In this document: positions 28,088 to 36,654 of the stretch, in pieces
Layout of the letters: every line of letters starts with the position of its first letter
How positions within the stretch are numbered: the first letter of the stretch is position 1
IMG/VR virus record: IMGVR_UViG_2778261064_000029
Reading direction: 5' to 3' (one strand)
Length of the DNA: 36,654 bases
From: a virus
Taxonomy: Duplodnaviria > Heunggongvirae > Uroviricota > Caudoviricetes
Program-made: the position numbers and the translations under genes
The notes under the pieces: model-generated
Told to the model about the DNA's origin: nothing
Seen by the model: the letters and a program-made list of their open reading frames with translations, nothing else
Database searches by the model: none

Positions 28088-28604
28088 TGTTTACCTCCGC
28101 CTGTTTTTGCGCCCGGATAAATTCGTCAGAAAGGATTTCAGTCATGCGGCCCTGTGCGGGAGTCATCCCTGTCATGACGTAAATCACATCACCAACACGG
28201 AACCACCGGAGCGGGCCGAATATTGTTGCGCTGAAATCCAGTCCCAGTGCGGGTAAGAGAGCGTCAGTACGGGCATAAGTGACCGGAATATTCTCCTGCC
28301 ATATTTTCGCCAGCTCTTTTGACTGCTCCCGCAGATGTGCAGGAATGCGCGATGTTCTTGGCCTGCAACTGTTACCTGATGCGGAGCGTTGTACAGTCCA
28401 CAACTCCGGCGAGAAAGGTCGCTCATTCCCCGGAAAATTCACGCCATGAAAATGACGCCCACCAATACCTGTGCTGAATACTGACCGGCAACCACAACCC
28501 AGAACCTTATCAAGATGGCGGGCTTCTTCGCGTAGTTTCAGGCAGTCCGCCATAAACTGGTCCCATGCCAGCAGTGCTGCGGGATTTGACGTTTTAAAAA
28601 ACAT
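28074..28604 (-). CDS. Early accessory protein, unknown function (ATG 28604 preferred; track start 28643)
   Basis: About 176 aa; 1-nt stop/start overlap with upstream gene. Confidence 0.6.
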   Translation of the reverse strand: MFFKTSNPAALLAWDQFMADCLKLREEARHLDKVLGCGCRSVFSTGIGGRHFHGVNFPGNERPFSPELWTVQRSASGNSCRPRTSRIPAHLREQSKELAKIWQENIPVTYARTDALLPALGLDFSATIFGPLRWFRVGDVIYVMTGMTPAQGRMTEILSDEFIRAQKQAEVNNGKQ

Positions 28605-29134
28605 CACGCCACCTCCTGCATCGTTGCGGGAGCCGGAGAACAATCAAGAATGAGATAACGCAGTACATGGTCGGTGATATTCCAGGCGCTTGAACTGCAA
28701 ATAAAACGCCCCAGCCGGATATCGATATAAGCCATCACAAAACGGGGCATTCCCTGTTCGCACATTTCGTCATCCACTTCCGCAACGATGTAAACCGACT
28801 CGCAGGTCAGTACGCCTGTTGCAAATTCTTTTGCCAGTGCCGGAATGGCATTGCCTTCCAGCCAGGGCAATGAGCGGCGGAAGGAACACCACGCGGCATC
28901 ATCAACAGCAGGCTGCTCAGTTGCGTTTCGTCTTACAGGCGGCGTCGGACGCGGGCGCGGAACGTCATAAAATCCGTTGCATTCGGTGAGCACTCCGGCA
29001 TCAACCGCATCACGCAGGAAATACACCATTGACGAGGGCAGCATATTCATTTTTTCAGCCAGAACTCCGCAGGTCAGGCGTCCGTAAGCCCGTAATAATG
29101 TGCTGACACCATTCAGAATTTTTGCATCAACCAT
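28604..29134 (-). CDS. Early accessory protein, unknown function; N-terminal region resembles a winged-helix fold
   Basis: 176 aa; GAGGAA RBS. Confidence 0.6.
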   Translation of the reverse strand: MVDAKILNGVSTLLRAYGRLTCGVLAEKMNMLPSSMVYFLRDAVDAGVLTECNGFYDVPRPRPTPPVRRNATEQPAVDDAAWCSFRRSLPWLEGNAIPALAKEFATGVLTCESVYIVAEVDDEMCEQGMPRFVMAYIDIRLGRFICSSSAWNITDHVLRYLILDCSPAPATMQEVA

Positions 29135-29232
29135 GTTTTATTCCTCAGTAATCTGTTTCAGGCGCGAGCAATCCCCTGACGCATCGCGCCATAATTAAAA
29201 GAATGTGAATTAATTAAATATTAATGGTGGTA

Positions 29233-29757
29233 TTAAATACCGGCTTCCTGTTCAAATGGAATAATGGAAAAATCTTCAATTCCCGATTTAACCGTAATTC
29301 CGGCAACACCTGCGACGGCTTTTGGTTCCAGTAAAATCGCCTCCTTGTTGATTTCCTGCTTCGTGCGAATAAAGCGTTGCAGGCCAAGACGCTCCAGCGT
29401 TTCCATCACTGCATCCATACCACGAATACTTACTGATGGTGGACGGACCCGCCACGATACATCACCGGTGACAAGATTTGCCGTCTTCACTTTGCCGCCG
29501 TTCGTCAGTTCGTCGCGGTTCGCTTCACACCATCCCTGAACGCCTTTTGAAAGGGTTTCAATATCGGTTTTAATCGGTGCAATCCGGGCCGCAAATTTCT
29601 CCGTAATTTCCGCGATGGCATCATTCATTTCCGTTTCCAGACGTGATGCTTCGCGCTGTAAATCCCCGATGCGTTTAATATCGGTAATCACCGCATCGCG
29701 GTTTTGTGGCACATAAGCCGCTGCGGCACTTTTGATACGTTTTGCTGGTTTAGCCAT
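29233..29757 (-). CDS. gam: Gam, DNA-end-binding host nuclease inhibitor (Ku-like)
   Basis: 174 aa; MAKPAKRIKSAAAAYVPQNRDAVITDIKRIGDLQREASRLETE...; AGGAG RBS. Confidence 0.85.
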   Translation of the reverse strand: MAKPAKRIKSAAAAYVPQNRDAVITDIKRIGDLQREASRLETEMNDAIAEITEKFAARIAPIKTDIETLSKGVQGWCEANRDELTNGGKVKTANLVTGDVSWRVRPPSVSIRGMDAVMETLERLGLQRFIRTKQEINKEAILLEPKAVAGVAGITVKSGIEDFSIIPFEQEAGI

Positions 29758-29776
29758 AAATTAAAGCTCCTGTTAA

Positions 29777-30076
29777 TTAATATCCGCTGTATACAATGCT
29801 GGATACATCTCGATTGCTTAATTCCATCTTTCGGGCAATGACATGAATATCCAGTCCTTCTTTATAAAGTTCACGACATAAATATTTGTCGTGTTCACTG
29901 ATTCGGTATACACACAATGATATTCCGTGCCTTCTGGCATGTGCCCGGAGGGCGGTTGTGGCGACTTTCAGTTTTTCCGCCATTTCTTCAATGGTCATTT
30001 TCCCGACGTTGGCTTCGATAAATTCCCGGTCTTCGCGTGACCAGCGCTTACGATTACACTTCATGTCAGTCACCAT
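29777..30076 (-). CDS. Small putative DNA-binding protein with HTH-like segment
   Basis: 99 aa; MTIEEMAEKLKVATTALRAHARRHG. Confidence 0.55.
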   Translation of the reverse strand: MVTDMKCNRKRWSREDREFIEANVGKMTIEEMAEKLKVATTALRAHARRHGISLCVYRISEHDKYLCRELYKEGLDIHVIARKMELSNRDVSSIVYSGY

Positions 30077-30496
30077 TCAGTACAGCAGAGGCTCGCGCAG
30101 TGATGCCGGAATATGCCGCAGCGATAACTGAACCGCTTTCAGGGCAAGCGAGGAATAACAGCAGCGCGCCCAGCCTTTTGCCATTAACCGGTAATCGCGC
30201 CAGATACGCTGCCACATTTCACGGGCTTCAGGGTCTGATGCGCAGATGTATTCCCGGTCCATGACGTACTCCCATAAATCCACGTTGAACGCACCGCCAA
30301 ATGCAATGGCGCGGGATATGCTTTCGCCGCAATAACGCGCACAGATGCTGTAATGGTCGAAAGCAATCAGGTAAGTCTTTTCACCACAATCATCAACTTT
30401 CCGGGCGCAAATAAACTCGCGTAATTCACCACCGTTGTTATTGCGTTCCTGAATTCGGATTAATGCCTGAATTTCATTTCGGATTTTGACATTCAT
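30077..30496 (-). CDS. Early accessory protein, unknown function (ATG 30496 with AAGGAA RBS preferred over track start 30520)
   Basis: About 139 aa. Confidence 0.55.
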   Translation of the reverse strand: MNVKIRNEIQALIRIQERNNNGGELREFICARKVDDCGEKTYLIAFDHYSICARYCGESISRAIAFGGAFNVDLWEYVMDREYICASDPEAREMWQRIWRDYRLMAKGWARCCYSSLALKAVQLSLRHIPASLREPLLY

Positions 30497-30510
30497 TGTC
30501 AGCGTTCCTT

Positions 30511-30774
30511 TTAGTGACATGTTTTTTCAACAGCCATTTCAGTGACACTGCCACCTGTGATGACACCATCGTTTTTCAAAATCTCAATGGCTTCATGAGC
30601 TGACTCATTAATTATTTTCTGGCTTTTGTTAAGCACCAATAACGCCACCAGACCTGCAAGTGTAGCCTCATCCCCTTCCATTTCCACACTACCACCTACC
30701 GCAATACTGGTGCGCAAATGCCGTCCTTTAGTTCCAGATACTGTATTTTTAATTTCAATAATTACCTTTGCCAT
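30511..30774 (-). CDS. Early accessory protein, unknown function
   Basis: 87 aa; AAGGAG RBS. Confidence 0.6.
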   Translation of the reverse strand: MAKVIIEIKNTVSGTKGRHLRTSIAVGGSVEMEGDEATLAGLVALLVLNKSQKIINESAHEAIEILKNDGVITGGSVTEMAVEKTCH

Positions 30775-30785
30775 TTTGTTTCTCC

Positions 30786-31016
30786 TTATTGATTCTGAAT
30801 AACTGCGCTGGCTTTTACCTTTGCGCCTTTTACCTGCTTAAAGAAAACCACGCTGCACCACGGACAACATGCAAAGGAGTCCCATACTTCATTTTCTGGT
30901 GAGCATTGCGTCATAATTTGCTCTTTGCATTTGGGGCAATTAAATGCAGTCAGAGGCACATTGTTATTCTGTACCCGTTTAACCCATTCAATATATTTTT
31001 CAGCTTTAGTACACAT
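30786..31016 (-). CDS. Small Cys-motif protein (CPKC ... CCPWC), zinc-ribbon-like (ATG 31016 preferred over track start 31040)
   Basis: About 76 aa; GGAG RBS; starts 2 nt after kil-position gene stop. Confidence 0.55.
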   Translation of the reverse strand: MCTKAEKYIEWVKRVQNNNVPLTAFNCPKCKEQIMTQCSPENEVWDSFACCPWCSVVFFKQVKGAKVKASAVIQNQ

Positions 31017-31018
31017 CG

Positions 31019-31246
31019 TTATCTCCAGATAATCTGGCAACCATTAAGACGGGCCGTCCATACAGAACGGGCCACCCCGGACTTATGCTCCATAATTCTG
31101 ACCGCGCTTTTTACCAGTTCCACCGGTGGGTAAGTGATTTCAAGAATCGGACGCGCCACGCCGAGATATGATTCATTTACATGACTCCCGCGCGCCTGTA
31201 ACCAGTTCTGCGCATCCGTTGCCATTTTTATATTTCGGGCCATCAT
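31019..31246 (-). CDS. kil: Kil-position early protein (first gene downstream of B)
   Basis: 75 aa; AAGGAG RBS; assignment by position and size only. Confidence 0.55.
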   Translation of the reverse strand: MMARNIKMATDAQNWLQARGSHVNESYLGVARPILEITYPPVELVKSAVRIMEHKSGVARSVWTARLNGCQIIWR

Positions 31247-31261
31247 AATTTCTTCTCCTTC

Positions 31262-32200
31262 TTAATTACGCAGCAGCGTTGAAATATCAACGTCCAGGTC
31301 TAATTCACGGAAAGCCTGACGCAGATAATCTTCGTTAACACGCTCACCTTTACCGTGAGCCGTCATGGCGGCAAGGCGAAGTGAATGATTCAGAATGCGA
31401 AGCGCACCTGGTTTCTGCGCAATCTGCTGTAATAACTCCAGTTCTTTTTCGCCGTTAATCTGCCAGGCATCCGCAATAGCTTTTACATCGGCTTTTTTGG
31501 TTTTATTAATTGCAGTACGCTTTGCAATACGGGAAAACAGACGGGCAAATTCAACCGTTCTGTTACCCCCCGTCATATTTGAATAAACCCGGTGATTTCC
31601 CATCAGTACAAGGCCAATACGGGTTGATTCCTGTAACAGGCGGAGTTCTTCCAGAACTTCGGCACCAAGATGATCAGCTTCGTCGATGATAACCAGCCCC
31701 TGTGTACCTTCAAGGCGACGTCGCAGGGCGCGGGAGAGCGGCCCTTTACGGCGTGGTGCGTCATTCATTCCCAGCTCAAACGCCAGTTCAGTAAGACATT
31801 CCAAAACGCTGGCACAGGATGGCGTAATGGTGATCATCCAGACATTGTTATTGGTGCGGCGATATTCACGGGCCGCTTCGGTTTTGCCCACACCAGGATT
31901 GCCACATACAACAGCAATACTTTCAGTCAGGCTGGCAAAACGCATACTTGTCCAGATTTGTTTTACCGTCTGCGTTTCCACAAAGCGGGGCGGTTCAGGT
32001 AGTTCTGCAACTGCATGATATTTTTCCAGCCAGCGTTGCAGCATTTGTGAAACACGCTCGTTATCCCCGTTGTACTTATCATTGATAAAACTACTGATAG
32101 TTCCGGTAGAAAGTCCGCTCTCAAGAGCAATTTGTTTAAAGGTGGTTTCTTCATTTTCTACAAGCGTGCGCAGTCCTGCGCGAATATCGGAAATATTCAT
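31262..32200 (-). CDS. B: Transposition target-DNA activator MuB, AAA+ ATPase
   Basis: 312 aa; N-terminal HTH-like region, Walker A GNPGVGKT, Walker B-like LVIIDEAD. Confidence 0.9.
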   Translation of the reverse strand: MNISDIRAGLRTLVENEETTFKQIALESGLSTGTISSFINDKYNGDNERVSQMLQRWLEKYHAVAELPEPPRFVETQTVKQIWTSMRFASLTESIAVVCGNPGVGKTEAAREYRRTNNNVWMITITPSCASVLECLTELAFELGMNDAPRRKGPLSRALRRRLEGTQGLVIIDEADHLGAEVLEELRLLQESTRIGLVLMGNHRVYSNMTGGNRTVEFARLFSRIAKRTAINKTKKADVKAIADAWQINGEKELELLQQIAQKPGALRILNHSLRLAAMTAHGKGERVNEDYLRQAFRELDLDVDISTLLRN

Positions 32201-32238
32201 CTGAATAACCTCGTAATTAAATTTTGTTAAAACGTTAA

Positions 32239-34245
32239 TTAAATGACTTTTTTACGTCTGTTCTGTTCCAGAATATCCAGTGAATGATTCAGATATTCAT
32301 CACGATCAGTTTCATATTCATCATCGGCTTCCTGGTATTTCACCTGCACCGTGTTACCGGAAGGCCGGAAAATACCAACAACCCTTGATTCTGGTGCTGC
32401 TGGTTCGGCTATCTGCGGCAGCAGTTCAGCAACTTCCAGCGCGTCCATTTGTTTCTGCGCCTTAATGGCTGCTTTAGTTGCAGATTTCAGTTGTTTCTGG
32501 CGGCGGCGATATTCACGGCCTGCCGCTGCATCATTAAATGCAACAGGTGCCAGACATTCCGCTTCACAGATAAACCGACCGTCCAGGGTGTAACAATAAA
32601 CCGTGCTGTGTAGCTGCTGCGGATCAAACCTGACCACAACTTTTTTCACGCCGGCATTCATTAATGCCATGTTGTAATAAACGTTTTTTGCGCCTTTAAG
32701 GGAGCCGCCAACTTTAAGCGTAAACTCGCCTTTGCGTGAAACGTTCACCGCCTCGGCAGGCAGTAACAGCATCCGTTTTTGTTCTTCGGTTGGCTTACGC
32801 ACAATCGTTCTGGCGTATTCACGCTCGAAAACATCATCAAACGAGAGTTTGCCCCCGCACATTTCTGTTTCACGGCCTGTTCTGGCATTGAACATCGCCA
32901 CACCTTCGGCAAGGGTTTTCAGAAACAGCTCTGCATCAACAGCGCGGTCGCCATAGTTATCAGGTTTTGCCTGCGGATTTGGCCCCGTATATGCGCCAGC
33001 CAGTGCCGGATGCTTATCAACGTATTCCTCAAGCCCACCAACACCGAAAGCACGTTCAACAGGTTTTGCCTGGCCCCAGCCTTTACCGGCAACAACGCTT
33101 GTCCAGTGCATTTTCGCGCCCATCAGTAAAAACAGTCCCTTTGGATCGTCCTCTTTTACCTTAAAGCGGTAACGATTGGGCGCGCCCCCCGTCAGCCATT
33201 TATTCGCTGCACCACGGGTGTTATCAATGGTGATGTGAAAATCCTCCGGGATGCCGTAGCGTGTCACCACATCCATAAACGAGAGGCGAATTGAGTCGAT
33301 GTTCTCGCTTACATCGCAACGCCAGCCCAGAATTTTTCGGGTTTTCACATCCTGCCAGAACCATGTTTTCGGGCGGATCACATCACCGTTAAACCAGCGT
33401 ACAAAGACGTTATGCAGATAACCGTCGCCGTTGATCCACTGCATGGCGTCCAGGTGTTCCACAGTTCGCTGCTGTGCCGGTATCAGATGCATCAGTGCAT
33501 GTTCACCTTCACGACAGGCAACAACCATTGCCTCGTCCAGTTGCTGAATCCGGCGAAAGGCCGTGGCACGGGAGGGAATACTCCAGCCATGCTCGCGGGC
33601 TGCCAGTTCCAGACGCTCATAACATTTGCGGAAGGCGGGCTTTTCCGGTCGCAGATAATCTGCAATCAGAAACTGCCAGGCATCCTCGTCAAATTCACTT
33701 TTGTGAACGTTGCGACGGGATGCACCACGTCCATCAACAAGCGCAGCCGCCCAGTCAGGCTTCGCAAACTTCTGTACCTGGTAATACTTGTCCCGCAAAG
33801 TGGATGCGCTGACCTGGTAATGCCCTGCAACGGTCGCAAAAGCCGTTTTTGTTGAAATCCCCTGGTTCAGCATTTCGTCTGCGGCCTGAACCGCAGGCAA
33901 CCATTTTTCAGCAAGTCTGCGCTGGGAATCGCTGGCGTTATCCCATTTGCTCCACAGTGCCTCACGATCATAATCATGGGCTTCCAGCGTGGGGCGGGCG
34001 ATTTCAAAACGGCCCTGGCTTGTTTCGATCTCTCCTTGTCTAAGCAACAACGCAGCTTGCGTTTCCTTTGGTAAAGATGAGATATGAAACTCATAGGCTA
34101 CTCCTCTTACCCCGTGTATCTGTCGAAACACCCACTGTTCTAACCTTGCTTTACGAGAGATCGCGCTAGAGGATTTTGGAAGACCTATCAGCCCTTCTAA
34201 TTTCTTTGCAGAAAACCAATCATTACATTGTGGTTGCATTTTCAA
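32239..34245 (-). CDS. A: DDE transposase MuA
   Basis: 668 aa; N-terminal domain paralogous to c repressor N-terminus; ATGA overlap with ner. Confidence 0.95.
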
Positions 34246-34460
34246 TACCTCGAAGGCCAGATGTCTCGTGGCTCAACTCCCAATGCATCGGCAATGATTC
34301 TTTCCCCCCGAGGGTAAGGTTTATCCAAGGCATTTTTTACCGTAGAGATAGAGAGACCGTTCTCACGACCAAGAGCTGCTAGGCTTTTTCCTCTTTTGCG
34401 CAGATCAGCAACAATGTCGTATCTACTTTTGTCTTCACATTTACTTTTCTTTATCGCCAT
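34242..34460 (-). CDS. ner: Ner-like DNA-binding early regulator (ATG 34460; track start 34469 is TTG)
   Basis: 72 aa from [72 protein letters not shown]; resembles Ner C-terminal ...IIANAL...IWPSRY. Confidence 0.85.
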
Positions 34461-34660
34461 AAAATGCAATCCTCACAAGCTACGCCATCAGCTACGCCGC
34501 AAGGTAGCTGATAAGGTATGCAGCAATGCTAGTGTGAATACATTGTCAATGCAATAGTGTATTCAAATGTTTTGTTTGAAATTCATCTATCTCGATGATT
34601 TTAAAGTGAATATATTTTTCATTTCTTTGAATACATCGTGTATTTAAAGCGAGGTTTGTG
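34461..34660. promoter_or_regulatory. Divergent early/repressor promoter-operator region (Pe leftward for ner-A-B, Pc rightward for c), expected to overlap the transposition enhancer
   Basis: 200-bp AT-rich interval between divergent ner and c; AGCTAC repeats at 34478..34510 and TGAATACA / GTGTATTC repeats at 34534..34567 and 34626..34645. Confidence 0.7.
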
Positions 34661-35176
34661 ATGACACAAGAATGGTTTTCAGCTAAAGAGCTACAAGGGG
34701 TTGCTGGTCTTCCGTCTTCAGCAAGTAGTATTAGCCGCAAAGCAACTAATGAGGGATGGAAAAAGAGACAGATCAAAGGAGTAAAGGGTGTTGCTTATGA
34801 ATACCATATCAGCTCATTACCTGATGCCACTCAGGCAGAATTAGGAGGGGCGCAGTTATTAGATAACGATAAGTCAGCTTATAAGTTAGCTTCTGTGTTA
34901 ATGGCTTTGGTTGCAGAGTTAGAACCAGAGGAAATCCAGAGGGCATTAAAGCTACTTAGTAAAGGTGGACTTAGTGCACTAATGCCAAGTATCTTTGATC
35001 AGACTCAAATCCAATCTCTGCACGGCGTATCGCGTGAGTGCATACAACTCGCCCAAATGCTAGAAACTTTACCAGCAGAAGAGCGCAAAGAGATTTTGTC
35101 AGAGCATGGTATTCATGAACAGGAAGGTCTTGTAGCTCCTTCGCAAGAACCACAAGATGTAAAAAAAGCCGTATAA
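34661..35176 (+). CDS. c: Repressor c (immunity repressor)
   Basis: 171 aa from ATG 34661 (GAGG 5 nt upstream); N-terminal domain paralogous to MuA N-terminus; C-terminus ...[27 protein letters not shown]. Confidence 0.85.
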   Translation: MTQEWFSAKELQGVAGLPSSASSISRKATNEGWKKRQIKGVKGVAYEYHISSLPDATQAELGGAQLLDNDKSAYKLASVLMALVAELEPEEIQRALKLLSKGGLSALMPSIFDQTQIQSLHGVSRECIQLAQMLETLPAEERKEILSEHGIHEQEGLVAPSQEPQDVKKAV

Positions 35177-35339
35177 CAACCATGAACCAGCTAAAACATA
35201 CTTCACCTCACATAATCACACATGTAACATACCTAAACGGCATGAGCTGATTTGTGATATGAGTCATTTGGTTACAGCCTGGTTGTTATCGGTTTTGAAC
35301 GTTTTTTGAAGCTGTTATTGAAATGATTTGCAGTGTTTT

Positions 35340-35514
35340 TGTTTTTCGTATTTTCAATGAAACAAAAGCAATTTTTTACTATCTTTCGCGTTTCATTGAT
35401 TAACGACTAAAATTTGCGCTACAGGCTTGCAAGCCCCACCAAATCTAATCCCATCAGATCCCGAATAATCCAATGTCCTCCCGGTTTTTTTCGTACTTCA
35501 AGTGAATCAATACA
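35340..35514 (-). repeat. Left-end attachment region with three MuA end-binding repeat units (L1-L3-like) and terminal 5'-TG
   Basis: Repeats around 35340..35368, 35386..35414 and 35487..35510 share the YGTTTCAYT...CGAAA pattern on the minus strand; last prophage base 35514. Confidence 0.85.
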
Positions 35515-35749
35515 ATAAAATATTCCATCTATCGTTTGTTAAAAGCGTAGATAACCACTTATTTAACAACTTGAAAATAAGGTATTTTACCTGGGTTGTT
35601 ACAAAAGGATTGCATTGCGTAAACGCTTTTTATTTACAAAAAAATGGGGAAGTGTTACAGCGATTGCGAAAAGTCTGAAGCAATTGAATTAAGATAATAT
35701 AGAAAATCAGATACAGCAAAAATGGCAGATTGATGAGGTGAAGATAAAT

Positions 35750-35823
35750 TGGAGCGGGCGAAGGGAATCGAACCCTCGTATAGAGCTTGGGAAGCTCTCG
35801 TTCTACCATTGAACTACGCCCGC
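35750..35823 (-). tRNA. glyU: tRNA-Gly (anticodon CCC)
   Basis: Reverse complement gives GCGGGCGTAGTTCAATGGTAGAACGAGAGCTTCCCAAGCTCTATACGAGGGTTCGATTCCCTTCGCCCGCTCCA, 74 nt, 7-bp acceptor stem, CCA end. Confidence 0.95.
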
Positions 35824-35840
35824 TTCGAGATGCGTAAGGC

Positions 35841-35868
35841 ATTATAAACCTTACGCTCTCCTTAGCAA
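35841..35868 (-). promoter_or_regulatory. Candidate sigma70 promoter of the tRNA-Gly gene
   Basis: Minus strand TTGCTA (-35), 16-nt spacer, TATAAT (-10), GC-rich discriminator; about 15 nt upstream of mature tRNA 5' end. Confidence 0.5.
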
Positions 35869-35901
35869 GTGCCGCGCTGCTGACTGCTGATTAATTCGCC
35901 A

Positions 35902-36654
35902 TCAGCATTTTGGCTTGCTGCCCTGAGGCGGCAAGTAACGTAGCGGATCAATTGCCGTTGCACGGTAACGAATCTGGAAATGCAGGCGAACCGATGCCGC
36001 ATCAGTGCTCCCCATAGTGGCGATTTTTTGCCCAGCCTTCACGCTTTGCCCATTATTTACCAGCATCGTGTCATTATGGGCGTAAGCCGTAATGTAATCT
36101 TCACTGTGTTTAATCATGATGAGATTACCGTAGCCACGCAGCTGGTTGCCCACATACACCACCTTTCCTGCACCCGCGGCGTAAATAGGTGTACCCCGTG
36201 GAGCTGAGATATCAATCCCTTTATTGCCGCCATCAGCTGTCGAATACGGCATGATAACTTTCCCTGTCGTTGGCCATAACCAACAACGTTGCCCTACTGG
36301 CGGCCAGGAAGATTTTGGTACTGCTGATGACGGTGTAACCGATGCGGTTTTGGTCGTTGATTTGGCGGTTGATTTACGTGTACTGCTACTTTTCGCCCCA
36401 CCCAGTTTTAGTTTCTGACCAACTTCAATGGTGTAAGGGGGGGAAATGCCGTTCAGCCGCGCCAGCTCTTTTACGCTGGTTCCCGTGGTGCGCGAAATAC
36501 GATATAGCGTATCCCCCCGTTTCACGGTGTAAACGGAGCCGGAATACGTTCCTGTATCGGATGATTTGCTACCCGAACAGCCCGCCAAAAGCAGTCCAAC
36601 CGATAACAACATCACGATACCCAGAGATTTTTTATTCAGGCGTCCCGCACTCAA
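35902..36654 (-). CDS. ygeR: Host lipoprotein with LysM domain and M23 peptidase domain (YgeR/NlpD-like); reaches the window edge, so the 5' end may be incomplete (track start is TTG)
   Basis: Lipobox LLLAGCSG; LysM YTVKRGDTLYRISRTTGTSVKELARLNGI; M23-like C-terminal half. Confidence 0.8.
   Translation of the reverse strand: MSAGRLNKKSLGIVMLLSVGLLLAGCSGSKSSDTGTYSGSVYTVKRGDTLYRISRTTGTSVKELARLNGISPPYTIEVGQKLKLGGAKSSSTRKSTAKSTTKTASVTPSSAVPKSSWPPVGQRCWLWPTTGKVIMPYSTADGGNKGIDISAPRGTPIYAAGAGKVVYVGNQLRGYGNLIMIKHSEDYITAYAHNDTMLVNNGQSVKAGQKIATMGSTDAASVRLHFQIRYRATAIDPLRYLPPQGSKPKC

Larger units (their letters stand above)
1..35514 (-). mobile_element. Mu/D108-family transposable prophage, nearly complete (right end, gin, com/mom lie upstream of the window start)
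   Basis: Collinear Mu gene order on the minus strand (S, U ... lys, C, mor, gemA, gam, kil, B, A, ner) plus divergent c; minus-strand reading of 35514 downward gives the Mu-type left terminus TGTATTGATTCACTTGAAGTACGAAAAAAACCGGGAGGACATTGG; host tRNA and ygeR-like gene follow. Confidence 0.9.

Noticed and set aside
34658-34660. GTG at 34658 as the c start codon (ORF-track start)
   Set aside because: The GAGG Shine-Dalgarno is only 2 nt upstream of the GTG but 5 nt upstream of the ATG at 34661, so the ATG is the more plausible start.
35750-35823. tRNA gene as a site-specific prophage attachment site
   Set aside because: No integrase or duplicated tRNA 3' fragment; the element ends in Mu-type transposase-binding repeats 235 bp away, so this is a transposition insertion, not att-site integration.
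1-36654. CRISPR arrays, rRNA genes, integrons, toxin-antitoxin pairs, restriction-modification or other recognisable defence operons
   Set aside because: No regularly spaced direct repeats, no rRNA-like sequence, and every gene-sized ORF is accounted for by the Mu-like gene order; gin and mom, the known Mu recombinase and DNA-modification functions, would lie outside the window.

Overview
Almost the whole window (1..35514) is one nearly complete Mu/D108-family transposable prophage, lying reverse-complemented relative to the conventional Mu map. From the window start: the invertible G segment with two alternative tail-fibre cassettes (S'v-U' on +, U-Sv on -) bounded by gix inverted repeats (1..26 partial, 3081..3114); then on the minus strand baseplate, tape measure, tube, sheath, neck, capsid, protease/scaffold, F/G, portal and terminase genes; a lysis cassette (SAR endolysin, overlapped spanins, membrane protein); the middle operon ending in C; the early operon (mor, gemA, about ten small accessory genes, gam, kil, B, A, ner); the divergent c repressor on the plus strand; and the left-end terminus with MuA-binding repeats ending exactly at 35514. 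Host DNA follows: tRNA-Gly(CCC) (glyU-like, 35750..35823, minus) and a LysM/M23 lipoprotein gene (YgeR-like) running to the window edge. The right prophage end, gin and com/mom lie outside the window. I see no CRISPR array, rRNA, integrase or large foreign cargo island; gene content and order match canonical Mu one-for-one. I therefore found no clear multi-gene novel system. The most unusual items are a reverse-oriented 88-codon ORF with a good RBS in the 274-bp gap between the last accessory early gene and gemA, a GH108-type peptidoglycan hydrolase gene in the middle operon, a 39-codon membrane ORF just upstream of C, and a degenerate second copy of the Sc/gix junction inside the S' cassette. 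All family assignments come from reading the translations and from memory of Mu biology; no database search was possible. Start coordinates are approximate where the ORF track begins at GTG/TTG.
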